In this document: positions 63,436-64,000 of the stretch, piece after piece
Layout: each line of letters starts with the position of its first letter
Position numbering within the stretch: position 1 is the stretch's first letter
Source: the human T2T-CHM13v2.0 reference genome, Homo sapiens
Reading direction: 5' to 3' (one strand)
DNA: 64,000 bases
Assembly: GCF_009914755.1 (NCBI RefSeq)
Contig: NC_060939.1
Notes under the pieces: model-generated
Databases searched by the model: none
What the model was told of the DNA's origin: nothing
What the model saw: only the letters and a program-made list of their open reading frames with translations
Translations under genes and position numbers: made by a program

Positions 63436-64000
63436 ATGGGGAAAAAAACAGAACAGAAAAACTGGAAACTCTACAATGCAGAGCGCCTCTCCTCCTCCAA
63501 AGGAACGCAGTTCCTCACCAGCAACGGAACAAAGCTGGATGGAGAATGACTTTGACGAGCTGAGAGAAGGCTTCACACGATCAAATTCCTCTGAGCTATG
63601 GGAGGACATTCAAACCAAAGGCAAAGAAGTTGAAAACTTTGAAAAAAATTTAGAAGAATGTATAACTAGAATAACCAATACAGAGAAGTGCTTAAAGGAG
63701 CTGATGGAGCTGAAAACTAAGGCTCGAGAACTACGTGAAGAATGCAGAAGCCTCAGGAGCCGATGCGATCAACTGGAAGAAAGGGTATCAGCAATGGAAG
63801 ATGAAATGAATGAAATGAAGCGAGAAGGGAAGTTTAGAGAAAAAAGAATAAAAAGAAATGAACAAAGCCTCCAAGAAATACGGGACTATGTGAAAAGACC
63901 AAATCTACATCTGATTGGTGTACCTGAAAGTGATGGGGAGAATGGAACCAAGTTGGAAAACACTCTGCAGGATATTATTCAGGAGAACTTCCCCAATCTA
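63436..64000 (+). pseudogene. ORF1: L1 ORF1p with a +1 frameshift near the start; partial
   Basis: ATGGGG is followed by A7 (63442-63448; consensus A6), leading to TGA at 63547-63549. The native frame is open from ATG 63539 (MENDFDELREGF...KRPNLHLIGVPESDGENGTKLENTLQDIIQENFPNL) to the window end. Confidence 0.9.

Larger units (their letters stand above)
62532..64000 (+). mobile_element. 5' end of a LINE-1 with complete 5'UTR, L1PA2-like; continues beyond the window
   Basis: Canonical start GGGAGGAGCCAAGATGGCCGAATAGGAACAGCTCCGGTCTACAGCTCCCAGC, a ~904-bp 5'UTR and ORF1 sequence. The variants gagattatatccc and gacatccacaccg are non-L1HS states as I recall them. Confidence 0.95.

Noticed and set aside
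62515-63609. ORFs at 62515-62763, 62662-62919, 63131-63433 and 63352-63609
   Set aside because: Incidental frames of the L1 5'UTR and the ORF1 antisense strand; none corresponds to ORF0 or ORF1.
1-64000. Assignment to a specific chromosome (e.g. acrocentric short arm near the rDNA distal junction, or 22q11)
   Set aside because: CER blocks occur at several paralogous loci. The location is plausible but cannot be determined without alignment.

Overview
Primate (human or great-ape-like) heterochromatic DNA with no intact protein-coding gene. Bases 1-~56,545 are one array of the 48-bp CER-type satellite (~1,180 diverged monomers, single orientation). The array has two sub-domains with different diagnostic monomers (switch at ~33-35 kb), many local duplications in multiples of 48 bp, and one 39-bp L1 3'-tail insertion with a 14-bp target-site duplication (TSD). 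All ORFs listed over this part are by-products of the 16-codon period. The last 7.5 kb holds an old L1M fragment, two GC-rich patches and a MER4-group-like LTR. That LTR is split by a 3.9-kb, heavily deleted class III (ERVL-like) element carrying dUTPase and gamma-type env remnants, and is interrupted by the 5' end of a young L1PA2-like LINE-1 with a frameshifted ORF1. The most unusual observation is that the ERV's two LTR copies are inverted, so both outer ends are U5-type ends (TGTT...AACA) flanked by a 5-bp TSD-like pair. Family names come from recalled consensus sequences, not from a database search.
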